A stretch of 64,000 nt of DNA from Dehalococcoidia bacterium (GCA_965207225.1 CBDBLV010000005.1:96001-160000), one strand, 5' to 3'; counted from the stretch's first letter, positions 19,064 through 32,513 are shown. Program-made: numbers and translations. Notes: generated by a model not told the origin, from the sequence alone.

Positions 19064-20038
19064 ATGCCCGCATCCAAGGCCCTTTCCATCTACGAACCGA
19101 TCAAGGAAGAGCTGGCACTGGTCCGCTCAGACCTGGCAGCGATTTCCGAAGAGGACTTCCCGGGCCTCTCCGCCATGCTGGCCCAGGCGCTGAAGAGCAT
19201 CGGCAAGGGGACACGACCCGCGATAACCATCCTCTCCTCCAAGTTCCATGACCACGACCCCGCGGTTCCCAGGCTGATGGCCTGCGCCGTCGAGTTGCTG
19301 CACATCGCCACGCTGGTACACGATGACACGATAGACAAGGCGGCGCTGCGTCGGGGGCAGGCGACCATCAGCCACCTGTGGGGCGATCACGCTGCCGTCC
19401 TGGTCGGGGACTACCTGTTCGCCAAGTCGGCTACCTTCGTCTGCGCCACGGAGAACGTGCGGGTGATCCGGCTCTTCTCTGAAACGATCATGCACCTCTC
19501 CCGGGGGGAGCTGCAGGAGCGGATCGGGGCATACGACTGGACCACAGGGCTGGAGGACTATTACCAGAGGATCCAGCAGAAGACGGCCTCACTGTTCACC
19601 ACGGCTGCGGAGTCGGGGGCGATATTGAGCGGAGCGCCGGAGGAGACGGTGCAGCGTTTCCACACATTCGGGCACTGCCTGGGGATGGCGTTCCAGATCG
19701 TCGACGACATCCTGGACTTCCAGGGCACGGAGTCGGAGGTGGGGAAGCCGGTCGGGGCGGACCTGGCGCAGGGAGTCCTGACGCTCCCGGCGCTGCTACT
19801 GCAGGAACGATACCCGGATGACGACCCGGTGAAGGCGATATTCGAAGGGCCGGAAGACGAGGGGCACCTGAAGCGGGCGCTGGAGATGATCAACAATTCG
19901 TCGGTCATAGAGGACTCGTTCGCCGTCGCCACGGACTTTTGCCGGAGGGCGGAAGAGGCCCTGGCCCCTCTCCCCGACACACAGTACAGTCGGGCGCTGA
20001 TGGAGCTGCCTCCGTACGTGCTGGTGAGGAAGAGCTAG
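19064..20038 (+). CDS. Polyprenyl diphosphate synthase
   Basis: LVHDDTID and FQIVDDILD aspartate-rich motifs; start trimmed to ATG 19064. Confidence 0.93.
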   Translation: MPASKALSIYEPIKEELALVRSDLAAISEEDFPGLSAMLAQALKSIGKGTRPAITILSSKFHDHDPAVPRLMACAVELLHIATLVHDDTIDKAALRRGQATISHLWGDHAAVLVGDYLFAKSATFVCATENVRVIRLFSETIMHLSRGELQERIGAYDWTTGLEDYYQRIQQKTASLFTTAAESGAILSGAPEETVQRFHTFGHCLGMAFQIVDDILDFQGTESEVGKPVGADLAQGVLTLPALLLQERYPDDDPVKAIFEGPEDEGHLKRALEMINNSSVIEDSFAVATDFCRRAEEALAPLPDTQYSRALMELPPYVLVRKS

Positions 20039-20088
20039 CTCGACACCCTGCGGATTCCGCTCATCAAGTCGGGAGAAAGGACTACTAA

Positions 20089-21324
20089 ATGGAAACGGTA
20101 GTTCCGTTGATTATTGGCCTTGCAGCCGGGCTCCTGGTAGGAGGGGCGGCAATATGGCTGGTGCAGGGGTCTCGGGCGAGGGAGCGTCTGGCACGCATGG
20201 AAAATCAGTACAGCGCCCACGTCGCAGGCCTGGAGGGACAACTCAAGCAGACTGAAGCCGCTTCACATATCCTGGATACGGCCAAGGAGCAGTTGAGCGA
20301 GGCGTTTCGGGCCACGGCTAGCCGGGCATTACAGAGCAACAACGAGCTTTTTATGAACGTCGCCCAACAAAAGCTGGGCACGACGCTGGAGGCGGCAAAA
20401 GGGGAATTCAGGGAGCGCCACGAGCAATTCCAGGCCCTGGTCAAACCCCTGAGCCAGAGCTACGAGAGGCTGAACCCGAACATCGAGAGCCTGATCCAGC
20501 AGAATCGAGCCCTTGCCACGGAAACAGGCAAGCTTTCCAGCGCCTTGACTGACAGCCAGCAAGTCGGGAGTTGGGGGGAGGTGCAGCTGCGCCGGGTGGT
20601 GGAAATGGCCGGGATGATGGAGCATTGCGACTTCGTAGAGCAGACCAGCATAGAGGACTCGCAAGACAGACCCGATTTGATGGTCAGGCTGCCGGAAAAG
20701 CGCACCATCGTGGTGGACTCAAAGGCTTCCACAAAGGCATACATGGAAGCGCAGCAGACGAAAGACGAGACCGCGAAGGCAGAAATCCTAGAACATCATG
20801 CTGGCGCCCTGAGGACACAGGTCGATGACCTGGCCCGGAAGAATTATTCCCGCATGGAGGGGTCTCTGGACTTCGTGGTCATGTTCGTACCCGCGGACCA
20901 GTTCCTGGTAGCCGCACTGAGCGCCAACCCGGGGTTGATCGAATATGCTTTCGGGAAGCGAATAGCCATAGCCACGCCGGCCACCCTAATCTCTTTGCTC
21001 TGGGCGGTGGCAAACGGGTGGCAGCAACACCGCATGGCTGAAAACGCCGAAGCCATCCGTGCCGCTGCGGAAGAGATGCACAGCCGTATGTTGACCTTCA
21101 TAAATCACTATCAGAGCGTCGGGAAGCAGCTGCAGGCGGCGGTGAATGCCTACAATCAGTCCGTCGGCTCCTTTGACAGCCGGATAGTGCCCCAGGGGCG
21201 AAGGTTCGCCGAACTTGCCGCCAAGGGCGAGGACAGCATCCCTTCACCCCCGCAATTGGAGCAAATGGTCCGCACATCGCGGCACGCCGGATTGCTGGGC
21301 TCTGCGTCTGATCTCGAAGATTAG
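20089..21324 (+). CDS. rmuC: DNA recombination protein RmuC
   Basis: GSWGEVQLRRVVE, RPDLMVRLP, VVDSK, DFVVMFVP. Confidence 0.92.
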   Translation: METVVPLIIGLAAGLLVGGAAIWLVQGSRARERLARMENQYSAHVAGLEGQLKQTEAASHILDTAKEQLSEAFRATASRALQSNNELFMNVAQQKLGTTLEAAKGEFRERHEQFQALVKPLSQSYERLNPNIESLIQQNRALATETGKLSSALTDSQQVGSWGEVQLRRVVEMAGMMEHCDFVEQTSIEDSQDRPDLMVRLPEKRTIVVDSKASTKAYMEAQQTKDETAKAEILEHHAGALRTQVDDLARKNYSRMEGSLDFVVMFVPADQFLVAALSANPGLIEYAFGKRIAIATPATLISLLWAVANGWQQHRMAENAEAIRAAAEEMHSRMLTFINHYQSVGKQLQAAVNAYNQSVGSFDSRIVPQGRRFAELAAKGEDSIPSPPQLEQMVRTSRHAGLLGSASDLED

Positions 21325-21397
21325 GCTCCCGCCCCCGGCACGCGGTGAGGTTGGGAGTTGGGGGTCGGGGCAACACAGAGAGCAAAGGGATAGCAAG

Positions 21398-21733
21398 ATG
21401 AGCAGATTTATAGTCCTTTACCGCTCACCGGTGGCCGCGCTGGAGATGCTGCAGAGCGTGAGCCCCGAGGAGATGCGGGAAGGAATGGAACAGTTTCAGG
21501 CGTGGATGACGAAACTCGGGGATGGGCTGGTGGAGATGGGGTCGCCGCTGGGGGCGGGGGTGACGTCGTCGAGGCTGGGGAATGCCCCGACGTCTACGGA
21601 GGGCGGGATAACGGGGTATTCGATTATCGAGGCAGGGAGCATGGAGGAGGCGCTGGCGATGCTGGAGGGGCACCCGCATCTCGGGTGGGATGAGTCTTGT
21701 GAGATCGAAGTGCACGAGTTTCTGGAGGGCTGA
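21398..21733 (+). CDS. YciI-like protein
   Basis: ITGYSIIEAGSMEEA...HPHL...IEVHE motif. Confidence 0.7.
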   Translation: MSRFIVLYRSPVAALEMLQSVSPEEMREGMEQFQAWMTKLGDGLVEMGSPLGAGVTSSRLGNAPTSTEGGITGYSIIEAGSMEEALAMLEGHPHLGWDESCEIEVHEFLEG

Positions 21734-21971
21734 GGGGCATCCCTCCGAGGGGGAGAACCCTCACCCCCTTGATCCCCCTCTCCCTTAGGGCCTATAAGGG
21801 AGAGGGGGATATATGAACAGAGGCATGCGCATATGCGTTGCACATGCGCAAGCCTCTAGTTCGGTACTGGGGAAGGGGACAGGACACCACCCACCCACGG
21901 AATGGATTCCTGAGTAGGGGGTGGGTTAGAATGCCGCGGCGATACGCTACACAGTCCCCCGGAGGTGCTCC

Positions 21972-22841
21972 TTGTCCTACGACACCCTTCTCTACGAAAA
22001 GACTGGCCAGATAGTCAAGGTGACGCTGAACAGGCCCGAGGTGCTCAACGCCATCAGCGACGAGATGGTGAAGGAGATACGCCTGGCCGTTGACGAGGCA
22101 GACGCGGACCCCGACGTGCGGGTGGTGATTCTCACGGGTGCGGGGCGGTCATTCTCTGCGGGGTACGACATCAAGCCTCGGGAGGACGGCCGGCCGGCGG
22201 CGGACCCGGCGGGGCTGGAGATCGGGGACTACATCAAGCACTGGTGGGACCGGGACGCCTACGATACGGACCAGTTCACCCATTTCTGGAAGCTAGGCGT
22301 GCCCATAATCGCGGCAGTGCGGGGCTACTGCTTCGGGGGAGGGTTCTGGTACAGCATGGCCTGCGACATCACGATCGCAGCGGACAACTCGGTGTTTGGG
22401 CAGCCGGAGGTGCGGCACATCTCCAACACGTCGTTCATGCTGGCGGCCCTTTCGAACTGGAAGCAGGCGCATCGGTGGGCTTTGACAGGCGACCACATGG
22501 GGGCAGAGGAGGCGCTGCGCATAGGCGTAGTGACGAAGGTGGTGCCAGAGGCCGACCTGGACGCCGAGGTATGGGCCCTGGCAGAGCGAATAGCGCTGGT
22601 GCCGGAGGCCTCGGTGCGGGTGAACAAGGCGGTAACGTGGATGGGGCTGGAGGCGATGGGTCTCGGGGCGGCGATGCAGGTCAATGCGGCGCTGTCCAGC
22701 ATAGCCCACAGCTCCCACGGCGGGCACCGGGAGGCGCTTTGGGTGGCCCAGGCCGAGGGCGGGCTGAAGGGCTTCCTCGAGGCCAGGGACGGGCCATTCC
22801 TGCCCGAGCCTTTCGGGCCGAAGTCGAGGAAGAAGGAATGA
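21972..22841 (+). CDS. Enoyl-CoA hydratase/isomerase family protein
   Basis: LNRPEVLNAI, SFSAGYD, CFGGG, FGQPE. Confidence 0.9.
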   Translation: MSYDTLLYEKTGQIVKVTLNRPEVLNAISDEMVKEIRLAVDEADADPDVRVVILTGAGRSFSAGYDIKPREDGRPAADPAGLEIGDYIKHWWDRDAYDTDQFTHFWKLGVPIIAAVRGYCFGGGFWYSMACDITIAADNSVFGQPEVRHISNTSFMLAALSNWKQAHRWALTGDHMGAEEALRIGVVTKVVPEADLDAEVWALAERIALVPEASVRVNKAVTWMGLEAMGLGAAMQVNAALSSIAHSSHGGHREALWVAQAEGGLKGFLEARDGPFLPEPFGPKSRKKE

Positions 22842-24385
22842 TCGCGAACACTCACGACGTCATCGTTATCGGCGGGGGCCACAACGGGCTGACGTGCGCC
22901 GCCTACCTGGCGAGGGCGGGGCTGAAGGCGCTGGTGCTGGAGCGTCGGGAGATGGTCGGGGGTGCGTGCATTACTGAGGAGCTGATCCCCGGGCACCGGT
23001 TCCCGACCTGCGCCTACCACTGCCACATGCTCCAGGCGAAGGTAATCGATGACCTGGAGCTCAGGAGGCACGGGTTCGACGTGTTTCCACTGAACCCGGT
23101 GAGATTCCTGCCCTTCCCGGACGGCTCCTACATCAACCTGTGGCGGGACACGGACAGGATGATCAAGGAGATTGCGGCAATCTCGCCGAGGGACGCTGAG
23201 GCATATCCGGCTTGGGACAGGTTCTGGGAGAAGGCGGCACGGCTGGTGCAGGACTACGTGCTGGCCCCGGCGCCGACCCTGTCCGAGTTGTTCGACAGGG
23301 CCCGGGCCACGGGGGACGAGGACGTGCTTTCGACCATGCTGACGGTCAGCATGAAGGACCTGGTGGAAGAGTACTTCGAGTCGGAGCAGGTGCGGGGCGC
23401 ATTTATCGGGGCGGCGGAGACGGGGGACCCGGGCGAGGTGGGTTCTGCGTTTGCCATTGCATACTTCCACATAGACCGGTTCACAGACCCGAAGAACATG
23501 GGCCTGGCCAAGGGGAGCATGGGGGCGATTACGCAGGCCATGGCGAGATCGGCGGAGGCGTTCGGGGCGGAGGTCAGGACGGATTCTCCGGTGTCCCGGA
23601 TCGTCGTGGAGGGTGGTCGGGCGGTAGGGGTGGCATTAGACGATGGGTCGGAGTTCTACGCGCCGACAATCGTGTCCAACGCCGACCCCAAGCGCACCTT
23701 CCTGGACTTGCTGGACCCGAGCCACCTGGACTACGACTTCAGGCGTCGGGTGAGGCAGCTGAAGACTCGGTTCTCCAGCGTGAAGCTGCACTGCACGCTG
23801 ACGGGGATCCCGGACTTCAGCCGGTACCTGGGCGAGGGTTTCGACCCGAAGATGCTGGCGATGATCAAGATCTGTCCCTCGGTGGAGTACTTCGAGGCGA
23901 ACCTGCGGGATGCACTGGCCGGTCGGTTCACGACGAGTCCCCAGATGTACGTCCAGATACCGTCGGTCTATGACGACACGCTGGCGCCCGAGGGTCGGCA
24001 CGTGATGTCCATGTGGATGCAGCTGCAGCCGGTGACGCTGTCCAATGGGGACTGGGACCATTCGCACCAGGAGGTCTTCGACGTGTTGATGGACACGATG
24101 TCGGTGTACGCGCCCAACATCCGGGAGGTGGTGGACCAGTGGGAGGTGCTGACACCGGCCGACATCGAGAGGCGGGTGGGGCTGACCGACGGGAATATAC
24201 GGCAGCTGGACACCATCCCGTCGCAGCTGTTTTCGAGGCGACCTCTACCAGGGTGGTCGGACTACCGGACGCCGGTGGAGGGGCTGTACCTGTGCGGGGG
24301 CGGGACGCATCCGGGCGGGGAGGTGACGGGGGCGCCGGGACACAATGCGGCGCATGCGATTTTGACGGACTTGGACCGGGGTTAG
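22838..24385 (+). CDS. Phytoene dehydrogenase-like FAD oxidoreductase (paralog of 5272-6831)
   Basis: GGGHNGL and LYLCGGGTHPGG; ATGA overlap at 22838. Confidence 0.88.
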   Translation: MIANTHDVIVIGGGHNGLTCAAYLARAGLKALVLERREMVGGACITEELIPGHRFPTCAYHCHMLQAKVIDDLELRRHGFDVFPLNPVRFLPFPDGSYINLWRDTDRMIKEIAAISPRDAEAYPAWDRFWEKAARLVQDYVLAPAPTLSELFDRARATGDEDVLSTMLTVSMKDLVEEYFESEQVRGAFIGAAETGDPGEVGSAFAIAYFHIDRFTDPKNMGLAKGSMGAITQAMARSAEAFGAEVRTDSPVSRIVVEGGRAVGVALDDGSEFYAPTIVSNADPKRTFLDLLDPSHLDYDFRRRVRQLKTRFSSVKLHCTLTGIPDFSRYLGEGFDPKMLAMIKICPSVEYFEANLRDALAGRFTTSPQMYVQIPSVYDDTLAPEGRHVMSMWMQLQPVTLSNGDWDHSHQEVFDVLMDTMSVYAPNIREVVDQWEVLTPADIERRVGLTDGNIRQLDTIPSQLFSRRPLPGWSDYRTPVEGLYLCGGGTHPGGEVTGAPGHNAAHAILTDLDRG

Positions 24386-24882
24386 TTGCCGAACGAGCCC
24401 CACAGCACCGATACACCACCTCCCCAATCCAGCCACTTTGTACCCTCAAAAGGCTCACGCCAACTGTGCGTGCCACCTTCATCTATTACGACTAGATGTC
24501 CTACCCGTGCTCTCCCCCATTCCACTCGACCCCGAACCTTTTCTTCATCTTTCTCTACGGCACTCCATGGAACAACGGGAAACTTTGTCCGCCAAATGTC
24601 GCCACCCCAATCAGATCTCCTGTCTTTAGAAGGCTCATATTTGAATTCGATAACCACGGCTACAGGTTCATCGCAGTTCAGGATCACCAAATCTGCCTGT
24701 ATCCCGGGTTCCATTGTGTGCTCATGGAACACACGGTACTGCAGTTCTTTCTCCTGCATCTCCCTATGAAGCTGCAACTGCAATGTCCAAACGATGTCCC
24801 GCTCTGTGAAAAACCGGTACTCGGAGTAGTGTTCGCGTAACCATTCCATCGCACCCTCAAAAAGTTCAGTTGCCGTAGTCAT
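24382..24882 (-). CDS. Hypothetical PD-(D/E)XK-like protein
   Basis: TERD...QADLVI...IEFKY motif; lower GC. Confidence 0.55.
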   Translation of the reverse strand: MTTATELFEGAMEWLREHYSEYRFFTERDIVWTLQLQLHREMQEKELQYRVFHEHTMEPGIQADLVILNCDEPVAVVIEFKYEPSKDRRSDWGGDIWRTKFPVVPWSAVEKDEEKVRGRVEWGRARVGHLVVIDEGGTHSWREPFEGTKWLDWGGGVSVLWGSFGN

Positions 24883-24915
24883 TTCGTCTTAGGTCTCCTT
24901 ATTCGCAAAATCTTA

Positions 24916-25866
24916 TTACCCGAGAACGGCTCCCACAAAATCAGGGTGGCCGAGGAGGAAGGCGGTGATGTCCATGGGGCGTCGGCCCTCGGGTTGGACG
25001 GTTTTGAGGGCGAGGTGGCCTCTGCCAGTCTGGACCAGGATTTCACCCGGGCCACGGAATACGAGGCCCGGCTTGCCTGTCTCATCTCCAATCGGAGCAG
25101 CATCGATGATCTTCAGCCGGCGGCCCGACCAGGCAGTGAAGGACCCGGGCCACGGGTGGTAGGCGCGGATGCGGCGGTCGATCACTTCGGCGGGAAGAGT
25201 CCAATCAATCTTTCCGTCGGCTTTTGCGGCCTTGCGGCTAAAGGTGGCGAGGGAGTGGTCCTGGGGTTGGGGGTCAATCAAACCAGACGTCCAGTCCCGG
25301 AGGGTTTCGACCAGCAGTTGGCCGCCGATCTTCGACAGTCTTTCAGTCAACCGGCCGGTGGTCTCGGTTGGGCCTATCGGCACCTTGGCTGTGCGGAGGA
25401 TGGGGCCGGAGTCGACCTCCGGCTCTACCAGCATTATGGTAACTCCGGTCTCCTCGTCGCTTTCCAGGATGGCGTTGGCAACGGGGGCAGGGCCGCGGTG
25501 GCGGGGTAGTAGGGAAGGGTGGACGTTGAGGGCGCCTTGGCTCGGGAGGGCGAGGGTCCAGCCGGGGAGGATGAGGCCGTAGGCGGCAATGACGATGGCG
25601 TCAGGGCGGAGGGATTCCAGCTCAGTCCGGGCTTCGGTGGTGGAAAGGGTGGCTGGTTGGAAGATGGGGAGGCCGAGGTATTCGGCGAGGATTTTGACGG
25701 GAGACCTGGTGGTCTTCTTGCCGCGGCCGGATGGGCGGTCGGGCTGGGTGTAGACGCCTGCGATATTCGCCCCGTAGTCGGCGAGGCATTGGAGGGTCGG
25801 GACTGCGAAGTCGGGGGTGCCCATGAAGACGCAGCGGAGATCATTGAGCTGTGAAGAAGCGTTGAA
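24916..25866 (-). CDS. fmt: Methionyl-tRNA formyltransferase (start uncertain)
   Basis: LRCVFMGTPDF, TQPDRP, NVHPSLLPRHRG; homology extends upstream of ATG 25824. Confidence 0.93.
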   Translation of the reverse strand, partial: FNASSQLNDLRCVFMGTPDFAVPTLQCLADYGANIAGVYTQPDRPSGRGKKTTRSPVKILAEYLGLPIFQPATLSTTEARTELESLRPDAIVIAAYGLILPGWTLALPSQGALNVHPSLLPRHRGPAPVANAILESDEETGVTIMLVEPEVDSGPILRTAKVPIGPTETTGRLTERLSKIGGQLLVETLRDWTSGLIDPQPQDHSLATFSRKAAKADGKIDWTLPAEVIDRRIRAYHPWPGSFTAWSGRRLKIIDAAPIGDETGKPGLVFRGPGEILVQTGRGHLALKTVQPEGRRPMDITAFLLGHPDFVGAVLG

Positions 25867-26048
25867 ATGTCACCCCCGCGGGCTGGGATTTGGTGGCATT
25901 ATAGGGGCGGGTTGCGGGGTGGGGCAAAGGGAGTTTCGGTCGGGTGAAGGGGTCACGCCTAGCACCTAAAATCTCGCGGAAATTTCCTCAAAAATCCGCC
26001 CTTCTATTCATTGACATGGCCTTGAGTAGGGCATGTTATCCTCTTTCC

Positions 26049-26196
26049 GTTGGTGGAGGACCAACTCTTTTTGCGGCCCCTGCAGCTGAGGTTTTTCCGG
26101 TGGCGGAACTGGGTTAACCAGACCCCTCAGAAGGCAGGGCGGCAAGCGGGCTTAGCCCGGCGCACAGGTCTAAGCCTGACGGTCCGACTCCCCAGC
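26049..26196 (+). ncRNA. Candidate structured RNA upstream of dnaA (6S-like rod or cis-regulatory leader)
   Basis: Nested stems GTTGG/CCAGC, GGACC/GGTCC, CCCTGC/GCAGGG, CTGAGG/CCTCAG; TTGACA at 26011 and TGnTATCCT at 26034. Confidence 0.4.
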
Positions 26197-26252
26197 CCCG
26201 TTCGAACAAAGGTACGCCTAGACCTTATGGAAACGCGCCCGGATTTCGGGCC

Positions 26253-27656
26253 TTGACAGACTTGGAGGAGATGGAAGAAGCAAACGCAAAAGACGTCTGG
26301 CGTGCGGCGCTGGGTGAGTTGGAACTGCAAGTCACAAAGCCCTATTTCGAGACGTACCTGAAGGGCACGTCGGGGTTGTCGCTGGAGGAGAACACGTTTG
26401 CCGTGGCGGCGCCCAACTCCTTCGTCACCGAATGGCTTCGGCTGAAGATGAAGCCCCGGGTGGAGGAGACGCTGTCGGGACTGTTGGGAAGGTCGGTGGC
26501 TGTGGAGTTCATGGTGTCGAGCCCGCCCGGTACCCGGCAGGAAACCTTTACTCCCGTGAGGTCCGTGGAAGGCGACGGGGACGAGGGCTTCTACTCACGG
26601 TGGGAGGAGGGCTATTCCGACACCGGGTCGCCGGTATTGCTGAACCGGCGCTACACCTTCGACTCAATAGTTGTTGCGAGGTTCAACAGGGTGGCCTATG
26701 CGGCGGCGCAGGCGGTGTCGGAGAACAAGGAATGTCATTTCAACCCGCTGTTCATATATGGCGAGGCAGGCTTGGGCAAGACGCACCTGCTACACGCGAT
26801 AGGCCACCTGGCGAAGTCCCGGCGGCGTTCGATGTTGTATGTCGGGGCTGAACAGTTCACGACGGACTATGCGGAGGCGGCCCGGGACCGCAACTTCGGT
26901 GCGTTCCGGCACAAGTACCGGGGAGTCGATCTGCTGATGGTGGACGACATCCAGTTCATCGGGGGGAAGAGGCAGACGCAGGAAGGATTCTTCCACGTCT
27001 TCAACCACCTGCACGAGACGAACCGCCACCTAGTGCTGGCGGGTGACCGACATCCGAGGGAGATCGAGGGCCTCGACCCGAGGCTGGTGTCGCGGTTCGA
27101 GGGCGGCCTGCTGGCGGATGTGAAGATGCCGGGTCTGGGGTCACGGGTGAAGATACTGAAGCTGAAATGCTCGATTATGGAGGTCGAGGTTCCAAACTCG
27201 GCGCTGGAGATGATAGCTCGGGTAGCGGATGGAAGTGTGAGGAGGCTGGAGGGGGCGTTGCACAGGGTGCTGGCACTGGCGAAAGCCGAAGAGAAGACCG
27301 TAACTCCCGCACTCGTGACGGAGGCGCTGGTCGGGGATGCGGAGCTATCCGAGGCTCACACAAGCCCAGAGGAGATCATCCAGTCAACGGCGGCGCACTT
27401 CGGTCTTTCAGTCCAGGACATCACAGGCAGCCGACGGCTAAAGAACTACGTCCACGCGCGAAGCATAGCCATGTACCTGATCCGGGAGGAGCTACGCCTG
27501 CCTCCGATGAGGATCGGAGCGTTGTTCGGAGACAGGACGCCGTCAGGGGTCAGCGCCTCCTGCAGGAAGATTGCCGAGCACGTGCCCACCAGCAAGTCAC
27601 TAAAGCGGGACCTGGCGACAATAAGGGACATGCTTTTCGCCGGGCCCCGGGTCTAA
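26253..27656 (+). CDS. dnaA: Chromosomal replication initiator DnaA (divergent domain IV)
   Basis: YTFD, FNPLFIYGEAGLGKTHLL, LLMVDDIQF, VRRLEGAL. Confidence 0.92.
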   Translation: MTDLEEMEEANAKDVWRAALGELELQVTKPYFETYLKGTSGLSLEENTFAVAAPNSFVTEWLRLKMKPRVEETLSGLLGRSVAVEFMVSSPPGTRQETFTPVRSVEGDGDEGFYSRWEEGYSDTGSPVLLNRRYTFDSIVVARFNRVAYAAAQAVSENKECHFNPLFIYGEAGLGKTHLLHAIGHLAKSRRRSMLYVGAEQFTTDYAEAARDRNFGAFRHKYRGVDLLMVDDIQFIGGKRQTQEGFFHVFNHLHETNRHLVLAGDRHPREIEGLDPRLVSRFEGGLLADVKMPGLGSRVKILKLKCSIMEVEVPNSALEMIARVADGSVRRLEGALHRVLALAKAEEKTVTPALVTEALVGDAELSEAHTSPEEIIQSTAAHFGLSVQDITGSRRLKNYVHARSIAMYLIREELRLPPMRIGALFGDRTPSGVSASCRKIAEHVPTSKSLKRDLATIRDMLFAGPRV

Positions 27657-28035
27657 GTCTTCATCTTCATCAACTAACTTTCATATCTCCCGTTGATCCC
27701 TTCAACTATTCGTCAATTCTCCATCCTTGCCACTCAGGCCTTCACCCATCCCGCTGTAGAACCCCATCAGGTCCCACCGACTTCCTTTAATCTATTTGTC
27801 ATTTTCTGACAACATACTCAGCAGTTGACCTACATGTCTTGCCATTGGTCCTCACCAACATCCAAATCACAGATTAAAACTTCGGCGGAAGGAGTCCATT
27901 CAAACCTGAGTTACACATCATCAACTTACTATTCGGATATTCACCCGGACTCCTATTATTCCCGTTAGAATTCTCTATAACCTTCTGTTATAAGTTAGGA
28001 AATTAAAGAGTAGAAAGGACAGTTAGTCCTAATCC
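27657..28035. other. AT-rich intergenic region downstream of dnaA (possible origin)
   Basis: Marked AT enrichment next to dnaA; no perfect TTATCCACA boxes seen. Confidence 0.3.
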
Positions 28036-29288
28036 ATGTTGATAGATGAGGTAAGTCTGGTTTGTGCAGGGGGTATGGGAGGCAGAGGCGCGGTTACCTT
28101 CAGGAAAGAAAAATTCGTGCCATTCGGGGGGCCGGATGGAGGGGATGGGGGAGTCGGGGGCAGTGTGTTGCTTCTGTCTACCCATGACGTGCTGTCACTG
28201 GGTCACCTGGCTATGACTCCTCGGTTACAGGCGGACTCCGGGGAGGATGGGAGAAGGGCGAAGAAGATAGGGAGGGCCGGCGCCGATCTCATAATTGAGG
28301 TGCCGGTTGGAACTGTGGCCCGAGTAGGAGGGGGTTCGAGCGATGTCGTGTTGGACCTGATAGAAGCCGTTCAGAGAGAGACGGTATGCCTAGGAGGAGT
28401 CGGGGGGAGAGGCAACAAGGCCTTTGCCACCTCGACTATGAAGGTTCCCAGGATGGCCGAGGTGGGAGAGCCCGGCGAGGAGCGGCATGTCACGCTGATG
28501 TACAAGATGATGGCCGACGCAGCGCTGGTGGGGATGCCGAATAGCGGAAAGTCGGTGCTGTTGAACAGGCTGACGGGCGCCGGGGCCCGGGTGGCAGATT
28601 ACTGGATGACTACGACCGACCCGGTGATAGGGGTGCTGAACCACGAATGGAGGCAGTACAAGGTGGTGGAGATCCCTGCGATGTGGACAGGGTCCGGTGA
28701 GGGCAAGAGTGGGCCGCTGAAACATGCGCACAGGTCGGCGGTTGTGGCGGTGGTGCTGGATGGGACGGTTGATGATGTGCCAGGTGAGTATGGGCGGATA
28801 GTACAGGCGCTGGAGGAGGCGGATGAATTGGTGGCGGGCAAGCCGAGAGTTGTGGTGGTGAACAAGACTGACCTGGTGCATGGAGGTGTGGGCTGCCCTG
28901 ATTTCAAGCCAGAAGACTTCCCTGGGGCCGAGGAGGTCCACTGGGTATCCGCGGTTACGGGAGAGGGGCTGGAGGATCTCAAGGACAGTCTAGTGGGGAT
29001 GGTGAACTCAACGGACAGGGAGGAGGAGGCCGGGGAGCAGGGGGAGGTGACGGTGCTGAGGCCCAAGCCCATCGGGCACAGGATCTCGGTGAAGAAGGAT
29101 GCGGAGGCATATATTGTCCACGCAGGGCCCCTGGAGAGGCTTGTACGGGGCACGGATATCAACGACTGGGAGGCGAGGATGCAGGTGATGTCTCTGCTGG
29201 AGAAGGCGGGGGTGCACCAGGAGCTGCAGAAGGCGGGGGTGAAGGAGGGGGATACGGTGAGGATAGGCAACGCGGAGCTGGAGTGGGC

Positions 29289-29292
<4 letters not shown>
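28036..29292 (+). CDS. obg: GTPase Obg/CgtA with C-terminal domain
   Basis: FRKEKFVPFGGPDGGDGG, GMPNSGKS, NKTD, GVKEGDTVRIG. Confidence 0.9.
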
Positions 29293-32425
<3,133 letters not shown>

Positions 32426-32446
32426 TTACAAAACCTCGACCAAAAA

Positions 32447-32472
32447 CATTGTATCACAAACGGCGGTTATTT
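32447..32472 (-). promoter_or_regulatory. Extended -10 promoter toward gyrB, similar to the recA promoter
   Basis: AAATAACCGCCGTTTGTGATACAATG versus recA AAATACCCGCCCCATTTGTGCTATCATG. Confidence 0.5.
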
Positions 32473-32513
32473 TGTAGCCAGGGGGTGTGCGTACCACAAG
32501 ATGTTGCGGAGCT

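Noticed and set aside
22244-22837. Apparent N-terminal extension giving a 713-aa protein
   Set aside because: Out-of-frame overlap with the enoyl-CoA hydratase; the real start is the ATGA overlap at 22838.
26127-26330. rpmH (L34) divergent from dnaA
   Set aside because: Arg-rich but lacks the MKRT(F/Y)QP motif and overlaps dnaA.
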